Origin: Bdellovibrionales bacterium RIFOXYD12_FULL_39_22
GTDB lineage: Bacteria > Bdellovibrionota > Bacteriovoracia > Bacteriovoracales > Bacteriovoracaceae
Length of the DNA stretch: 64,000 nt
Direction: 5' to 3'
Assembly: GCA_001770205.1 (NCBI GenBank)
Contig: MEQL01000061.1
Coordinates: 124,001-188,000, forward strand
Shown here: positions 22,005 to 31,443 of the stretch, piece after piece
How positions within the stretch are numbered: position 1 is the stretch's first letter
Layout of the letters: each line of letters begins with the position of its first letter
Position numbers and translations under genes: made by a program
The notes under the pieces: generated by a model
Seen by the model: only the letters and a program-made list of their open reading frames with translations
Databases searched by the model: none
What the model was told of the DNA's origin: nothing

Positions 22005-23174
22005 TTAGGATATCCACTTCTCAATATTACTTAAAAATTGATCAAACGGAATTATATGGATGTTATTAAGTTTGAGTAAACGATTTCCGCGGTAGAGAAT
22101 ATAACTTCTGGTTGGAATTGAATTAATTTTGTCAAAGGCCTCAAGAGGTAAAACCCATTCATCGCGTGCTTTCTCTCCCCATTTAATTTCGATTGCAAAA
22201 ACTTGCTTTTTTGCCTTAATAATCAAATCAACTTCTGTCTTGTAATCATCTCTGTAATAAAAAAGCTCCAACTCTTTTTTAAAATAAGAGTTGAAATGTA
22301 TTAATTGCAAAATGATCCATTGTTCAAAAAGATGGCCCAGTTGTTGCTCGGTCATCTTGTCTTCAGCAATTTTTAAAATACCATTTCTAACGCCCAAGTC
22401 GAAAAAATATATTTTCTCTTTTTGTACTGCCTTTCTTACTGACTTAACTTTTGTGTATCCGGGAATTTTGTGAATGATAAGTGTTTCATAAAGAATATCA
22501 ACATATCGTCGTAAACTCTCCTTGGGAATTTCTGAATCAGAGGCCAATGATGAATAATTAATTTCGTGGCCGGATGCAGAGGCCAAAACATCAAGGAATC
22601 GACTAAAGGTTGATAAGTTCCTCGCTAAGGCCTCTGCCTGAATTTCTTCACGTAAATATATCTCAATGTATTCTTTTAATAATTCTGGGCCATAAGTGTT
22701 CAGGTATACCTCGGGTAGTCCTCCGATTTGAAGTGATTTGAGAAGATTGAATTTTTCGCCAAGCTCCCAAAAGGTTAGCGGAAATAGGCGGTAAGAAAAA
22801 ATTCTTCCAGGCAAAAGATTAATCTCTTTTTTCTTAAGCTTTCGTGCGGAAGAGCCACTAATACAAAAGATTAAATCTTTTTGTTCATCAATTAAGGCCT
22901 GCACAGTATTAATCAAAGATGGTATGCGCTGAATTTCATCAATAAAAACAAGCGATCCAGCATTAAGTGGTGCAACAATTTTTTCGATTAAAGAAGGGTC
23001 TTTTAAATGAGAAAGAAACTCGGACTGCTTTGCCAAATTAATTTCAATTGCCGGGTGCAAATTTCTTATAAGGGTGCTCTTGCCCACCTGCCGTGGGCCA
23101 AGCAAAAGGATACTTTTGCCAAGGTTGAATTTCTCAGAAATTTTGTTTTCCAACTGCCGAATAATATTTTTCAT
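22005..23174 (-). CDS. AAA+ ATPase with DUF4143 and C-terminal PD-(D/E)xK-like domain (COG1373 type)
   Basis: GPRQVGKS Walker A, FIDEIQ Walker B, SGSS, L.GR, GGLPE, K.YFFD.G, GHLFE, EVDLI..AIEIK. Confidence 0.88.
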   Translation of the reverse strand: MKNIIRQLENKISEKFNLGKSILLLGPRQVGKSTLIRNLHPAIEINLAKQSEFLSHLKDPSLIEKIVAPLNAGSLVFIDEIQRIPSLINTVQALIDEQKDLIFCISGSSARKLKKKEINLLPGRIFSYRLFPLTFWELGEKFNLLKSLQIGGLPEVYLNTYGPELLKEYIEIYLREEIQAEALARNLSTFSRFLDVLASASGHEINYSSLASDSEIPKESLRRYVDILYETLIIHKIPGYTKVKSVRKAVQKEKIYFFDLGVRNGILKIAEDKMTEQQLGHLFEQWIILQLIHFNSYFKKELELFYYRDDYKTEVDLIIKAKKQVFAIEIKWGEKARDEWVLPLEAFDKINSIPTRSYILYRGNRLLKLNNIHIIPFDQFLSNIEKWIS

Positions 23175-23180
23175 CTACGT

Positions 23181-23238
23181 ATTATGGCCCATGTTGTGGG
23201 CCATAATCAAGCTTTTTGGCCCACAGCGTGGGCCAAAA
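23181..23238. promoter_or_regulatory. Two tandem 11-bp-arm inverted repeats (core TGGCCCA-N5-TGGGCCA) over the AAA ATPase promoter
   Basis: ATTATGGCCCA-tgttg-TGGGCCATAAT 23181-23207; TTTTGGCCCAC-agc-GTGGGCCAAAA 23214-23238. Confidence 0.8.
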
Positions 23239-23291
23239 TCCGACTAAGAAAAAGAGTGGATCAACAAACATGAAACGAAAGGCAGGTCTTT

Positions 23292-23681
23292 TTACTCGGG
23301 AATTTCTTCGATAAAAATAACTTGGTTATCAATTCCAAAAACAATTCCAATTCTTCCATCAACCTTTGCCGTTCCCCCACCTATTCGCTTTAAAGCACAA
23401 TTACTTACGGTAAAAATTGCAATTCGTGCATTTGGATTCCAACTACTTTCTTCAAGAGAAAGAGGGCCGGTAAATGATCTAATGTATGCATTTTCACAAT
23501 CTTTGCGAAAAAGACTGCCGGTTAATTCTGCCACACCGGTATCATTTATTCGGATAACATTTTTTCCGTCCTCAGAGCGAAAAACCTTATTATAAAAATC
23601 TTGTAATGTGAGTTGCTTCGCATCTGCAAAAGCAAAGTTACCAATTGATGCTAAACAAAGTAATAAAAATATTTTCTTCAT
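23292..23681 (-). CDS. Small secreted hypothetical protein
   Basis: MKKIFLLLCLASIGNFAFA signal; GGAGG RBS; 129 aa. Confidence 0.75.
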   Translation of the reverse strand: MKKIFLLLCLASIGNFAFADAKQLTLQDFYNKVFRSEDGKNVIRINDTGVAELTGSLFRKDCENAYIRSFTGPLSLEESSWNPNARIAIFTVSNCALKRIGGGTAKVDGRIGIVFGIDNQVIFIEEIPE

Positions 23682-23879
23682 AGTGCCTCCAAAAAATATG
23701 CGATGGTTATCATCACATTCCTCTATGAGTGGATTTTACGATATGAACCCAAAAAAGGGGTGAAATATTTTTATTTTCCCGAAAATTACATATTGGTGTC
23801 AATTTATTGTACAGTGATTTGCGATTGTAATAGTGCTGCCAGAAAGTTACTTGATAAATAGAGATATGTTTTTTTGTCA

Positions 23880-24929
23880 CTAAAAGAGGTCATTAAAGAT
23901 TTCAGAAATTGTTCGTTTTCGTGGATCAGTAATAATTCGTGACATGATGTCGCTTTCTTCAAAAATTCCACAGAAGTTTTCTGCACGTGCGCCGCTTGCA
24001 AAAACTGGAGACATAAGCGCCGTCGAGCGATAAAGAACATTTTTACCTTTTAAATCAAACTCCGCCCACTCCTTTCCTTCCGTTGGAAATTCAAATGGAC
24101 GAGGACCAGAGGAGGTGACGAGAAGTAGAATCTCATCATCTTTTTTTATTAAGTTGTTAAAATATGCCACGACGGAATCGAGTTCCATCAGAATCTCTTT
24201 GGCCTGGACAATGTTTTTTTCGGCTAGGGCCTTTTGATAGTTAAAATCACGGACGATGAACAAAAAGCGCTCCTTGGGCCGAGTCACAAAACGGTTATAA
24301 ACCGAATTAATATTCTCTAAAACGCTGGAGTAGCAATTATTTCCCTTACATGACTTATCAAAATAAACGGAAGGAGTAGAAAAAATAGTTTTCTCCAAAG
24401 AGTGAAAAGTCTTGGTTTCAAGAGAAGGCGCCTCCATCATTTCCCAGAAAAAAAGGGAAGAGGCAAATCCACTTTCATTAGCGGCAGAACACTTTGTGAG
24501 ATCAGAGTATAGATTGCTTTCACTAGAAGTTTCAAAAATACCTGCTCGCATTCCGCTATCACTGGCGCGTAAGTATTTCCACAAAGGCCCTAACTTGTAG
24601 TCTTCACAATTTCCGTTGATAAGGCCTTTACCAACCATTTGTGCCAAAAAACCATCACGTGCCGAAGGACGAACTTTAAGTAAATTATAATTCCAGGCCT
24701 TACCAAAACAGAGCATTGATTCCATGTTAGTTAGTGCAATTGCCTCGGCACTAGAAAAACGCAGCATTGCCAATTGCTCTTCGGCCAGTCCGGCAATCTG
24801 AATCCAGATTATTTTGCTCGGTCTTTGGCCAAAGAGGTGATCTTTGCGACTGATTGTCTTGCTGGTGCCACAACCAAAAAGAAATAACAGCGCAAAGAGA
24901 TATAATATTTTGGCAGCAATAGAGATCAT
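23880..24929 (-). CDS. Lipoprotein with alkaline-phosphatase-like fold, metal ligands apparently lost
   Basis: Lipobox FLFGC; PhoA-like spacing of K.I.IQI.G, PSA..G...G, E...LD..V, LLLVT, PVFASG..AE.F.G..E.SDI. Confidence 0.65.
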   Translation of the reverse strand: MISIAAKILYLFALLFLFGCGTSKTISRKDHLFGQRPSKIIWIQIAGLAEEQLAMLRFSSAEAIALTNMESMLCFGKAWNYNLLKVRPSARDGFLAQMVGKGLINGNCEDYKLGPLWKYLRASDSGMRAGIFETSSESNLYSDLTKCSAANESGFASSLFFWEMMEAPSLETKTFHSLEKTIFSTPSVYFDKSCKGNNCYSSVLENINSVYNRFVTRPKERFLFIVRDFNYQKALAEKNIVQAKEILMELDSVVAYFNNLIKKDDEILLLVTSSGPRPFEFPTEGKEWAEFDLKGKNVLYRSTALMSPVFASGARAENFCGIFEESDIMSRIITDPRKRTISEIFNDLF

Positions 24930-25043
24930 ATTATAACTCTCCTCTAACGGTATCCTTTAATATTTTCATAGTAGATAATCTATCCTATTCTATTCTGACA
25001 ACAATAACAAATCAATCAAGTGCTAAAAGGAAGGAGCAAATTG

Positions 25044-27074
25044 ATGGAGACAAATTTCGAAGTTGCGACCAGAGAAATATTATGGATGATTCCCTCATAT
25101 TTTTCTTATCTAATGTATTTTCTTTTTTTGGCGGCACTTGCTTATTTAATTATACAACTTAGAAAAAAAATCAGACTTGCACTTGCTACGCCCGAAGGTG
25201 TGGCGATAAATTTTGGCCAACTTGTTCCCACAAAACTAAACTGGGGGGCCTTTTTTGAAACCATATTCGCTCAAGGAAAAGTTAATCGCAAAACAGTGGT
25301 GGCCTTTTTTCATGGATTTATTTTTTTTAGTTTTTTAGTTTTGATTTTTGCCACTATTCTAGTTGGGATTCATGCTGACACTCCATGGAAAATATTTCAA
25401 GGAACACTATACAAGCTAGTTTCTTTCTGGGCCGATTGGGCCGCGATATTTATTGTTGCCGGTGTAATAATGGCCTTTTGTCGTAGATATATTTCAAGGC
25501 CGGATTATCTGCAGGCCACCAATCCGAAGCGAGAAATTTTCATGTATTTTATGCTTCTAAATCTGGCCGTTATTGGACTTTTACTGGAGGCCATCCGTAT
25601 TAATCAAACGGGAATGATGTGGGGAGATTCTATTTGGTCTCCTGTGGGGTATTTCATTGCGGCACTGATTGGCCCATTGGACGGTAAAGAGAATATTGTC
25701 ATTACGATTTATCGTGTTTTGTGGATGGAACATATGCTCTCAACAATGTTGTTTCTTGCCTTTTTGCCCTGTACTAAATTTTTTCATACGTTGCTGGCAC
25801 CCTTTAACGCATTGATTACCCCGTCACGACAAGGCGCCATTCTTTTGCCAATGAATTTTGAAAATGAAAACGCAGAAACTTTTGGCCTAGGAAAAGTTTC
25901 AGAGCTAACTGTCAAAAATCGTATTGACACAATTTCTTGTGTAGAATGTGGCAGATGTACCATGGCCTGTCCGGCCAATCGTGCAGGAAAAAATTTAAAT
26001 CCCAAAACGATCATAACTAAATTAAGAGATTTTTCAGAGAGAAGCCATGCAGAAAAGCTGACAGGAGAATTGTGGGGAGAGAGTCCACTTTATGCTTTTT
26101 CCGAGTTGGATGCATGCACAACATGTGGTGCTTGTATGGAAGGATGTCCAATGTCCATTGAGCATGTGAAAATAATTATGGAGTCCCGACGTTATAAAAC
26201 ATTAACCCTGGCAGAAATTCCGCCTTCGGCCGGGGATGCAACCAATAAAATAAAAAACAACAGTAATCCCTGGGGAATTGCCCAGCATGATCGCTTTAAT
26301 TGGGCCGCAGGCCTTAATCTGCCAATAATTAATGAAGGTCAAAAAGTGGATTACCTATATTTTATTGGCTGTGCAGGATCTTACGATGCAGCAAATCAAA
26401 AGGTAGTAAAAGATACCATTAAACTTTTTCAGGAGGCCAAGGTTAGTTTCGCCTTATTAGGTGGTGCGGAAAAGTGTTGCGGAGATCCCATAAGGCGTTT
26501 TGGAGATGAGTATAGCTTTTTAGAAATTGCCCAAGAAAATATTGCAACATTCTCGCGCTATAAATTTGATGCCATTGTTATGCATTGTCCTCACTGTATG
26601 CACACCATCGGAAAGGAGTATGCAAAGTTTGAAGGTGGAATTTTTAAAACTATTCACCATAGTGAACTTTTAGAAATGTTATTGGCGCAGGGGAAGTTAT
26701 CACCCAAAAATGCCATAGCGGAAAAAGTTACTTTTCATGATCCTTGTTATATCGGACGCCACGATGGCAACTATCATAGTGTGCGCAATATTCTAAAAAA
26801 GATAAAAGGTGTTAAGCTTACAGAGATGAAGGCCGTTAAAGAAGAGGCCTTCTGTTGCGGCATGGGTGGAGGAAATATGTGGTACGAGCTTCCAGAAGGA
26901 GAACATCTTGTTAATGGCCGTTTGCGCGAAGTGGGGGAAACTAAGTGTAATAAGCTTATAACTGCGTGTTCATATTGCTTGATAAATTTTAATTCCAGCA
27001 AAAATCATGTTAGTGAAACAGGAAATATAGAAATTGAAGATATTGCATCGCTTTTGGCAAAGTCGGTTTTTTAA
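25044..27074 (+). CDS. Membrane Fe-S oxidoreductase, FadF/HdrD-like (NarI-like TM, 2x[4Fe-4S], 2 CCG domains)
   Basis: About five TMs with His; CVECGRCTMACP and CTTCGACMEGCP; EKCCG, CPHC, TFHDPCY, FCCGMGGG, TACSYC. Confidence 0.88.
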   Translation: METNFEVATREILWMIPSYFSYLMYFLFLAALAYLIIQLRKKIRLALATPEGVAINFGQLVPTKLNWGAFFETIFAQGKVNRKTVVAFFHGFIFFSFLVLIFATILVGIHADTPWKIFQGTLYKLVSFWADWAAIFIVAGVIMAFCRRYISRPDYLQATNPKREIFMYFMLLNLAVIGLLLEAIRINQTGMMWGDSIWSPVGYFIAALIGPLDGKENIVITIYRVLWMEHMLSTMLFLAFLPCTKFFHTLLAPFNALITPSRQGAILLPMNFENENAETFGLGKVSELTVKNRIDTISCVECGRCTMACPANRAGKNLNPKTIITKLRDFSERSHAEKLTGELWGESPLYAFSELDACTTCGACMEGCPMSIEHVKIIMESRRYKTLTLAEIPPSAGDATNKIKNNSNPWGIAQHDRFNWAAGLNLPIINEGQKVDYLYFIGCAGSYDAANQKVVKDTIKLFQEAKVSFALLGGAEKCCGDPIRRFGDEYSFLEIAQENIATFSRYKFDAIVMHCPHCMHTIGKEYAKFEGGIFKTIHHSELLEMLLAQGKLSPKNAIAEKVTFHDPCYIGRHDGNYHSVRNILKKIKGVKLTEMKAVKEEAFCCGMGGGNMWYELPEGEHLVNGRLREVGETKCNKLITACSYCLINFNSSKNHVSETGNIEIEDIASLLAKSVF

Positions 27075-28992
27075 TTTACTGTTAATTCCGACACTGTTGT
27101 GGGGGCCACCGGCGTGGGGGCAAATATCTGGCCAGGGAGTGCCTGGCCTTCTTTCGTCACTTGAAAATGAAATTTCTCTTAATCGACAACAATATCAGCA
27201 GATGGCGGGAGGAGTGTCGGCAGGGGAAATTGTTTCTTTAGAAGGAGTAACTGCCTTATCACTTACCGCCAAATTTATTAATACATTGGTGTTATTTTCA
27301 CCGCCTCAATATATTCATCTGATTGGTGATAATGAATGTACTTTCTTTTCGCTCTTAGAACATGGACTGCTTTTTTCTCTTGAGCAAACGCCAGAGCTTT
27401 TTCCGGTAATTTGGGATAGCGAAAAAGAAAAAGGCAAAGAGGGAGCTATCAATAGACGTCTTTTTTTTGACTATATCTATTCTAAGCGCTGTTTTTCCAA
27501 TAAAGAGATTAGTACTATTTTTTCTCCATCTACCATTGCAACCACCGTGAATCGACTAAGTTTACCTACACCAAAGGCAGAAAAAGAATGTGATGCTATT
27601 TTTAAAAACTGGTACACTAATCCATACACTCCGGCCCTTTGCAAAATTCCGGAGATTATAAATAACTCTATTAAATATCAAGAGAAGCTTTCTTCGCTTG
27701 ATAAGAAAAACAAAGCACAGGCATTGTATTATTCAAATTATATTAAACAAGGCCAGCAACTAGTAGAAAATATCGCTATCCACAAACGTTCTTACATTGA
27801 AAATCTTTGTAACAACCTTGATCATCCCGAGCGTTTTTGTTCCTTTTATTTATCAGATGACGTCTGGGCCAGGGTTGTTAAGGGAGGATTACCTCGCAAT
27901 ATAATGGAATATAGTTGTCGCGAAATTTTCAAAAAAGAGAAAACATCAGACGAAGAGCTCAATCTTTGTAGAACAAAAATGTTGCAAGATGATCTTCTCT
28001 GTTCAACGGTAGGGTCATCTCTTTTTCCTGCTTTGACTCCAGCTCCTCGCTGTAGTGATCTTTCTAGGGCCTTGAATAGTAGTTCCTTGAATGCCGACTA
28101 TAGAGATTGTCCGGGACATTTGGATAATGATGCCGTGGCCAACATTAGCAGGATAATTAGATATTTTAAGGCCACAAAAAATGATTCTACTCCAGAAAGC
28201 TGTGAGGGAGAGATGCAATCCACTTTTGCCACTTTGATTGTGGGAGAAAAAAACAATCCTGACGAATCAGAATGGCCGATGAAGATATGCTATCCGAACC
28301 CAGTTACCAGAGAAAATGTTTGTCGAACTTATATTCCGGGGAACGATGCAACGTCTTTATTTTCAGAAGTTTCTGTGATTACTGATATATTGCACAAGAT
28401 CAGGGGGGCAGATCCTAAAAACAAATGTCAGTACGTTTCTTTCAAAAAATATCGGCCACTTTTGCTTGATTTTCGTCATGGTTGTTTCATTGTCTTTGAT
28501 CAAGAAAAATGTACCTCTATGCATTGTAATAAGAAAATTTTCTACAATCAAAAAGAGATGTCAGAAATTAAATATTCCGGCCGACACAATCTCGAATATC
28601 TGGCCTCCACATATATGAATAGCAGTAAATCATTAATAAAAATGATAGAGCGTCCACTTAAAGTAGAGAATAGATCGCTTAAGAACTTAACAGAAGTAAC
28701 TTTTTTCTTAGATCAGTTTAAAAAGCGACTTGTTCATGGAATTGGTTGTTTAGAAGATCTCCTTCCGGCGTTTTATAAGAAGAATTCTCTCAATCAATGT
28801 CGTCCAATTCCTTTTATAATAGATGGATATTTTATTGAAGAAAATAATTCCTACATGGTAGTCAGAACCTCCATTGACGATGTTCATGCTCCTCGTCCTA
28901 TTCTTTGGAGCTATATCTATAATGCTATTGCTAACTATAAATCAATTCACCCTGTCTCAATGTGGCCGTTATACGGAGTAAAAAGCAAATGA
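27034..28992 (+). CDS. Secreted Cys-rich hypothetical protein
   Basis: 652 aa ORF; signal-like N-terminus ending PAWG; about 20 dispersed Cys; true start uncertain. Confidence 0.75.
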   Translation: MKILHRFWQSRFFNLLLIPTLLWGPPAWGQISGQGVPGLLSSLENEISLNRQQYQQMAGGVSAGEIVSLEGVTALSLTAKFINTLVLFSPPQYIHLIGDNECTFFSLLEHGLLFSLEQTPELFPVIWDSEKEKGKEGAINRRLFFDYIYSKRCFSNKEISTIFSPSTIATTVNRLSLPTPKAEKECDAIFKNWYTNPYTPALCKIPEIINNSIKYQEKLSSLDKKNKAQALYYSNYIKQGQQLVENIAIHKRSYIENLCNNLDHPERFCSFYLSDDVWARVVKGGLPRNIMEYSCREIFKKEKTSDEELNLCRTKMLQDDLLCSTVGSSLFPALTPAPRCSDLSRALNSSSLNADYRDCPGHLDNDAVANISRIIRYFKATKNDSTPESCEGEMQSTFATLIVGEKNNPDESEWPMKICYPNPVTRENVCRTYIPGNDATSLFSEVSVITDILHKIRGADPKNKCQYVSFKKYRPLLLDFRHGCFIVFDQEKCTSMHCNKKIFYNQKEMSEIKYSGRHNLEYLASTYMNSSKSLIKMIERPLKVENRSLKNLTEVTFFLDQFKKRLVHGIGCLEDLLPAFYKKNSLNQCRPIPFIIDGYFIEENNSYMVVRTSIDDVHAPRPILWSYIYNAIANYKSIHPVSMWPLYGVKSK

Positions 28993-30065
28993 GAAAAAAA
29001 TTTTTAATAATAATTTCTCTTGCTTTTTTTTCCTTACTAATGGCCGAGAGCAAATTACCAATTATTGCTACCAAACAGTCGGTGCAAAGTATTCGTCTAA
29101 TTACTCAAGATGGCCGATTTACCTACTATCAGTCGGCGCAAGGAAAGCTTTTGTTGTCTAGAGACTTTGATGTTGTTTTGGTTTTAGAAGGAGCGATGTA
29201 TACTAACTATTTAGTGCAAATATCTCCTGCTAGAAAGCGTCTGCTCATTTCTCAAGACAACGCTTTTCATTCTTTTTTAGGAACAAGAAAATTACTAGAA
29301 ATTTTCGCTGCCGATCTAGGTAGTCCGCAGAGTGAATTGTTGGGAATGGGAATTTCTCCCGCATTGCACCTGGATGATCGTTGGGCCTCTTATTATAATC
29401 CACACACAACCACTATCTATTTTAAAAATTTAGAAAACAAACAAACTAGCTTTGCTATAGAACTGTTTAATAAATCAAATCTTTTCTTTATCCCTCAGGT
29501 GGTGATGTTAAACGATGAAGAGATTATTTACACCGATATTAATCAAGCGGGGATAGCGGGGATAATTTATTTTAAGCGGAGCGAGAAGAAACCAATCGTA
29601 AAAGTTAAAGCAACTAATATTATGCAACGATTTGAACTGTGTCGCTCATCGTCCTCCCTTTTTGTCGGACGCTTCAATCATGGAAAAAGTAATACAACTT
29701 CAACAATTCAGCAGGCCGCTTTAAAGGATGGGCCAGAAGTGCTTGATCGATTACAACAGATCTACGAAAGCAAAGACGATGACTTCGGAAACATAAACTG
29801 CACGGCCACAGAAAAAAAGCTTTATTTTATTAAGGCCATAGGCCAGGGAGGAAAGCGTCTTTCGGAAGCGGCATCTTTGGAACTAAAAACGGGAGTTGTC
29901 ACCGTTGAGAGTGATTTGGAATTTGTAACCAATCTCATTGAAATGGATGGGAAATTGCTTATTGCACACAATGGAATTACTTATCTGCTATACGGGGAAA
30001 ACAATCTAGGACGAGATGATCTTGGCCATCCCGTCGAGCGAAGTGGCAAGGAGGAGAAAAAATAG
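28989..30065 (+). CDS. Secreted hypothetical protein, possibly beta-propeller
   Basis: ATGA overlap with upstream stop; signal MRKKFLIIISLAFFSLLMA; DGRF/SPARK/DDRW blade-like turns. Confidence 0.7.
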   Translation: MRKKFLIIISLAFFSLLMAESKLPIIATKQSVQSIRLITQDGRFTYYQSAQGKLLLSRDFDVVLVLEGAMYTNYLVQISPARKRLLISQDNAFHSFLGTRKLLEIFAADLGSPQSELLGMGISPALHLDDRWASYYNPHTTTIYFKNLENKQTSFAIELFNKSNLFFIPQVVMLNDEEIIYTDINQAGIAGIIYFKRSEKKPIVKVKATNIMQRFELCRSSSSLFVGRFNHGKSNTTSTIQQAALKDGPEVLDRLQQIYESKDDDFGNINCTATEKKLYFIKAIGQGGKRLSEAASLELKTGVVTVESDLEFVTNLIEMDGKLLIAHNGITYLLYGENNLGRDDLGHPVERSGKEEKK

Positions 30066-31231
30066 TGGCCATAAAAAAATTCGCCACCCTATTGATAGCT
30101 TGTATAATGCCCTTTGTTGGAATGGGAACAGCGGTCGATTCAATTTATACCGCCGAAGAGACGCTTCCTTCTGAATTTAAATTACTTTTAGAGGCGGCGC
30201 AAGATCTACCGCGCACGGACGATCAGAGCATGGCCATTTATCAAGCACTGGCCACGATTGATCTTTTCATGGCCTCTCACTTGAAGGAAGAAAGCAGTAA
30301 AATAATTTTGGTAGAAATTTATAAAAACCTTTTAAGCAGTCAAAAGAAAATAGTTGATGTGGCCAGCTATATTAATGAAAAGCGCTTCACTCTTTTAAAA
30401 CATGAGATTAAAAAAAATGCCGGACAATATAGTCGCTTTGCTTTATGGATTGCGCTGGGAATTATTTCTGATTTGCATGAATTGTTTTCGGTTTCTTTGT
30501 TTGAAAGTTATATAGATAATTTTAATAATCCAAAATTTCCCAAAGAGGCCGCGTTTGTTGAGGTTAAAAGCAAGTTGCGACTAATTTTTCCTATCGTAAC
30601 AGCACTATGCGACTTGAGGCCAGAAGAGTTTAATGAGTATAGCAAGAAGGAAGCAATTACAATTCTTTCCTCTATTGCCCGGACTATGCAGATAAAGGCC
30701 ATGTTGGAAAATACACCACTTGTGGTTAAAGAGGGCGCGGGGTTGAAATTTTTCCACACTGCCGAATCTTCGCGGCCGCAGGCCAGTAGCTCCAATGGAG
30801 AAGATAAAATTGCCGCAATAATTTCCAGAATGCAGACGGAAGAGGAAGAGACAAACAACAACGCAAGCAAGGCCCCTCGCGACAATTGGATACCGGCCGC
30901 TGATCCGAGCTATACTCCACCCGCAGAATTGCCACATGCGATTAATGATTGGTTTGTTTTGCCAGATACAAAGGAAGCTCTGCCGGCGAAAAAATTACCT
31001 CTGGCCATTAATGATTGGTTTGATATGCCACAACTGATGCCGGGGGAAATTCCCCCCCTGGCCTTGCCAGAACCGGTTGGCCAGGAGTGGGATAAAAAAG
31101 TGGAAGCGGAAGAAGAAGAGAACGCCACGAAAACCAGTGGAAGCAATTCTGCTGAAAATAAAGAGAAGGGTGTGCCGATACCTGCTCCTGTAGAGAGCGT
31201 AGATCCAGACGATTTTTCTATAATAAATTAA
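30065..31231 (+). CDS. Secreted hypothetical protein with Pro/acidic tail containing LP..INDWF repeats
   Basis: GTG start overlapping upstream stop, GGAGG RBS; signal peptide; helical N-domain; low-complexity tail. Confidence 0.75.
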   Translation: MAIKKFATLLIACIMPFVGMGTAVDSIYTAEETLPSEFKLLLEAAQDLPRTDDQSMAIYQALATIDLFMASHLKEESSKIILVEIYKNLLSSQKKIVDVASYINEKRFTLLKHEIKKNAGQYSRFALWIALGIISDLHELFSVSLFESYIDNFNNPKFPKEAAFVEVKSKLRLIFPIVTALCDLRPEEFNEYSKKEAITILSSIARTMQIKAMLENTPLVVKEGAGLKFFHTAESSRPQASSSNGEDKIAAIISRMQTEEEETNNNASKAPRDNWIPAADPSYTPPAELPHAINDWFVLPDTKEALPAKKLPLAINDWFDMPQLMPGEIPPLALPEPVGQEWDKKVEAEEEENATKTSGSNSAENKEKGVPIPAPVESVDPDDFSIIN

Positions 31232-31377
31232 GATTATGTTATTTTTTCAAGTAAAATAGTTTTGTAAAGATAAGATCATTTTTACTTTGCCAGGTAAGTT
31301 GTAATTACATATGGACAAGTAATTTCAGGAAGATAAGACAAAGAAGTCGGCGCAACAGACAAACATGTCATATAAAC

Positions 31378-31404
31378 TCAAGATTTTGTAAAATTTGTCG
31401 AAAA
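31378..31404 (+). promoter_or_regulatory. Candidate sigma28 (FliA)-type promoter
   Basis: TCAA-N15-GTCGAAAA, about 40-50 bp upstream of the 31444 ORF. Confidence 0.45.
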
Positions 31405-31443
31405 GCTAGTAGGCAGGTTTGCTTTTTAACAACTTACTGAAGG

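Noticed and set aside
22005..23681. AAA ATPase region as an IS or prophage remnant
   Set aside because: No transposase, integrase, terminal repeats or phage genes recognisable.
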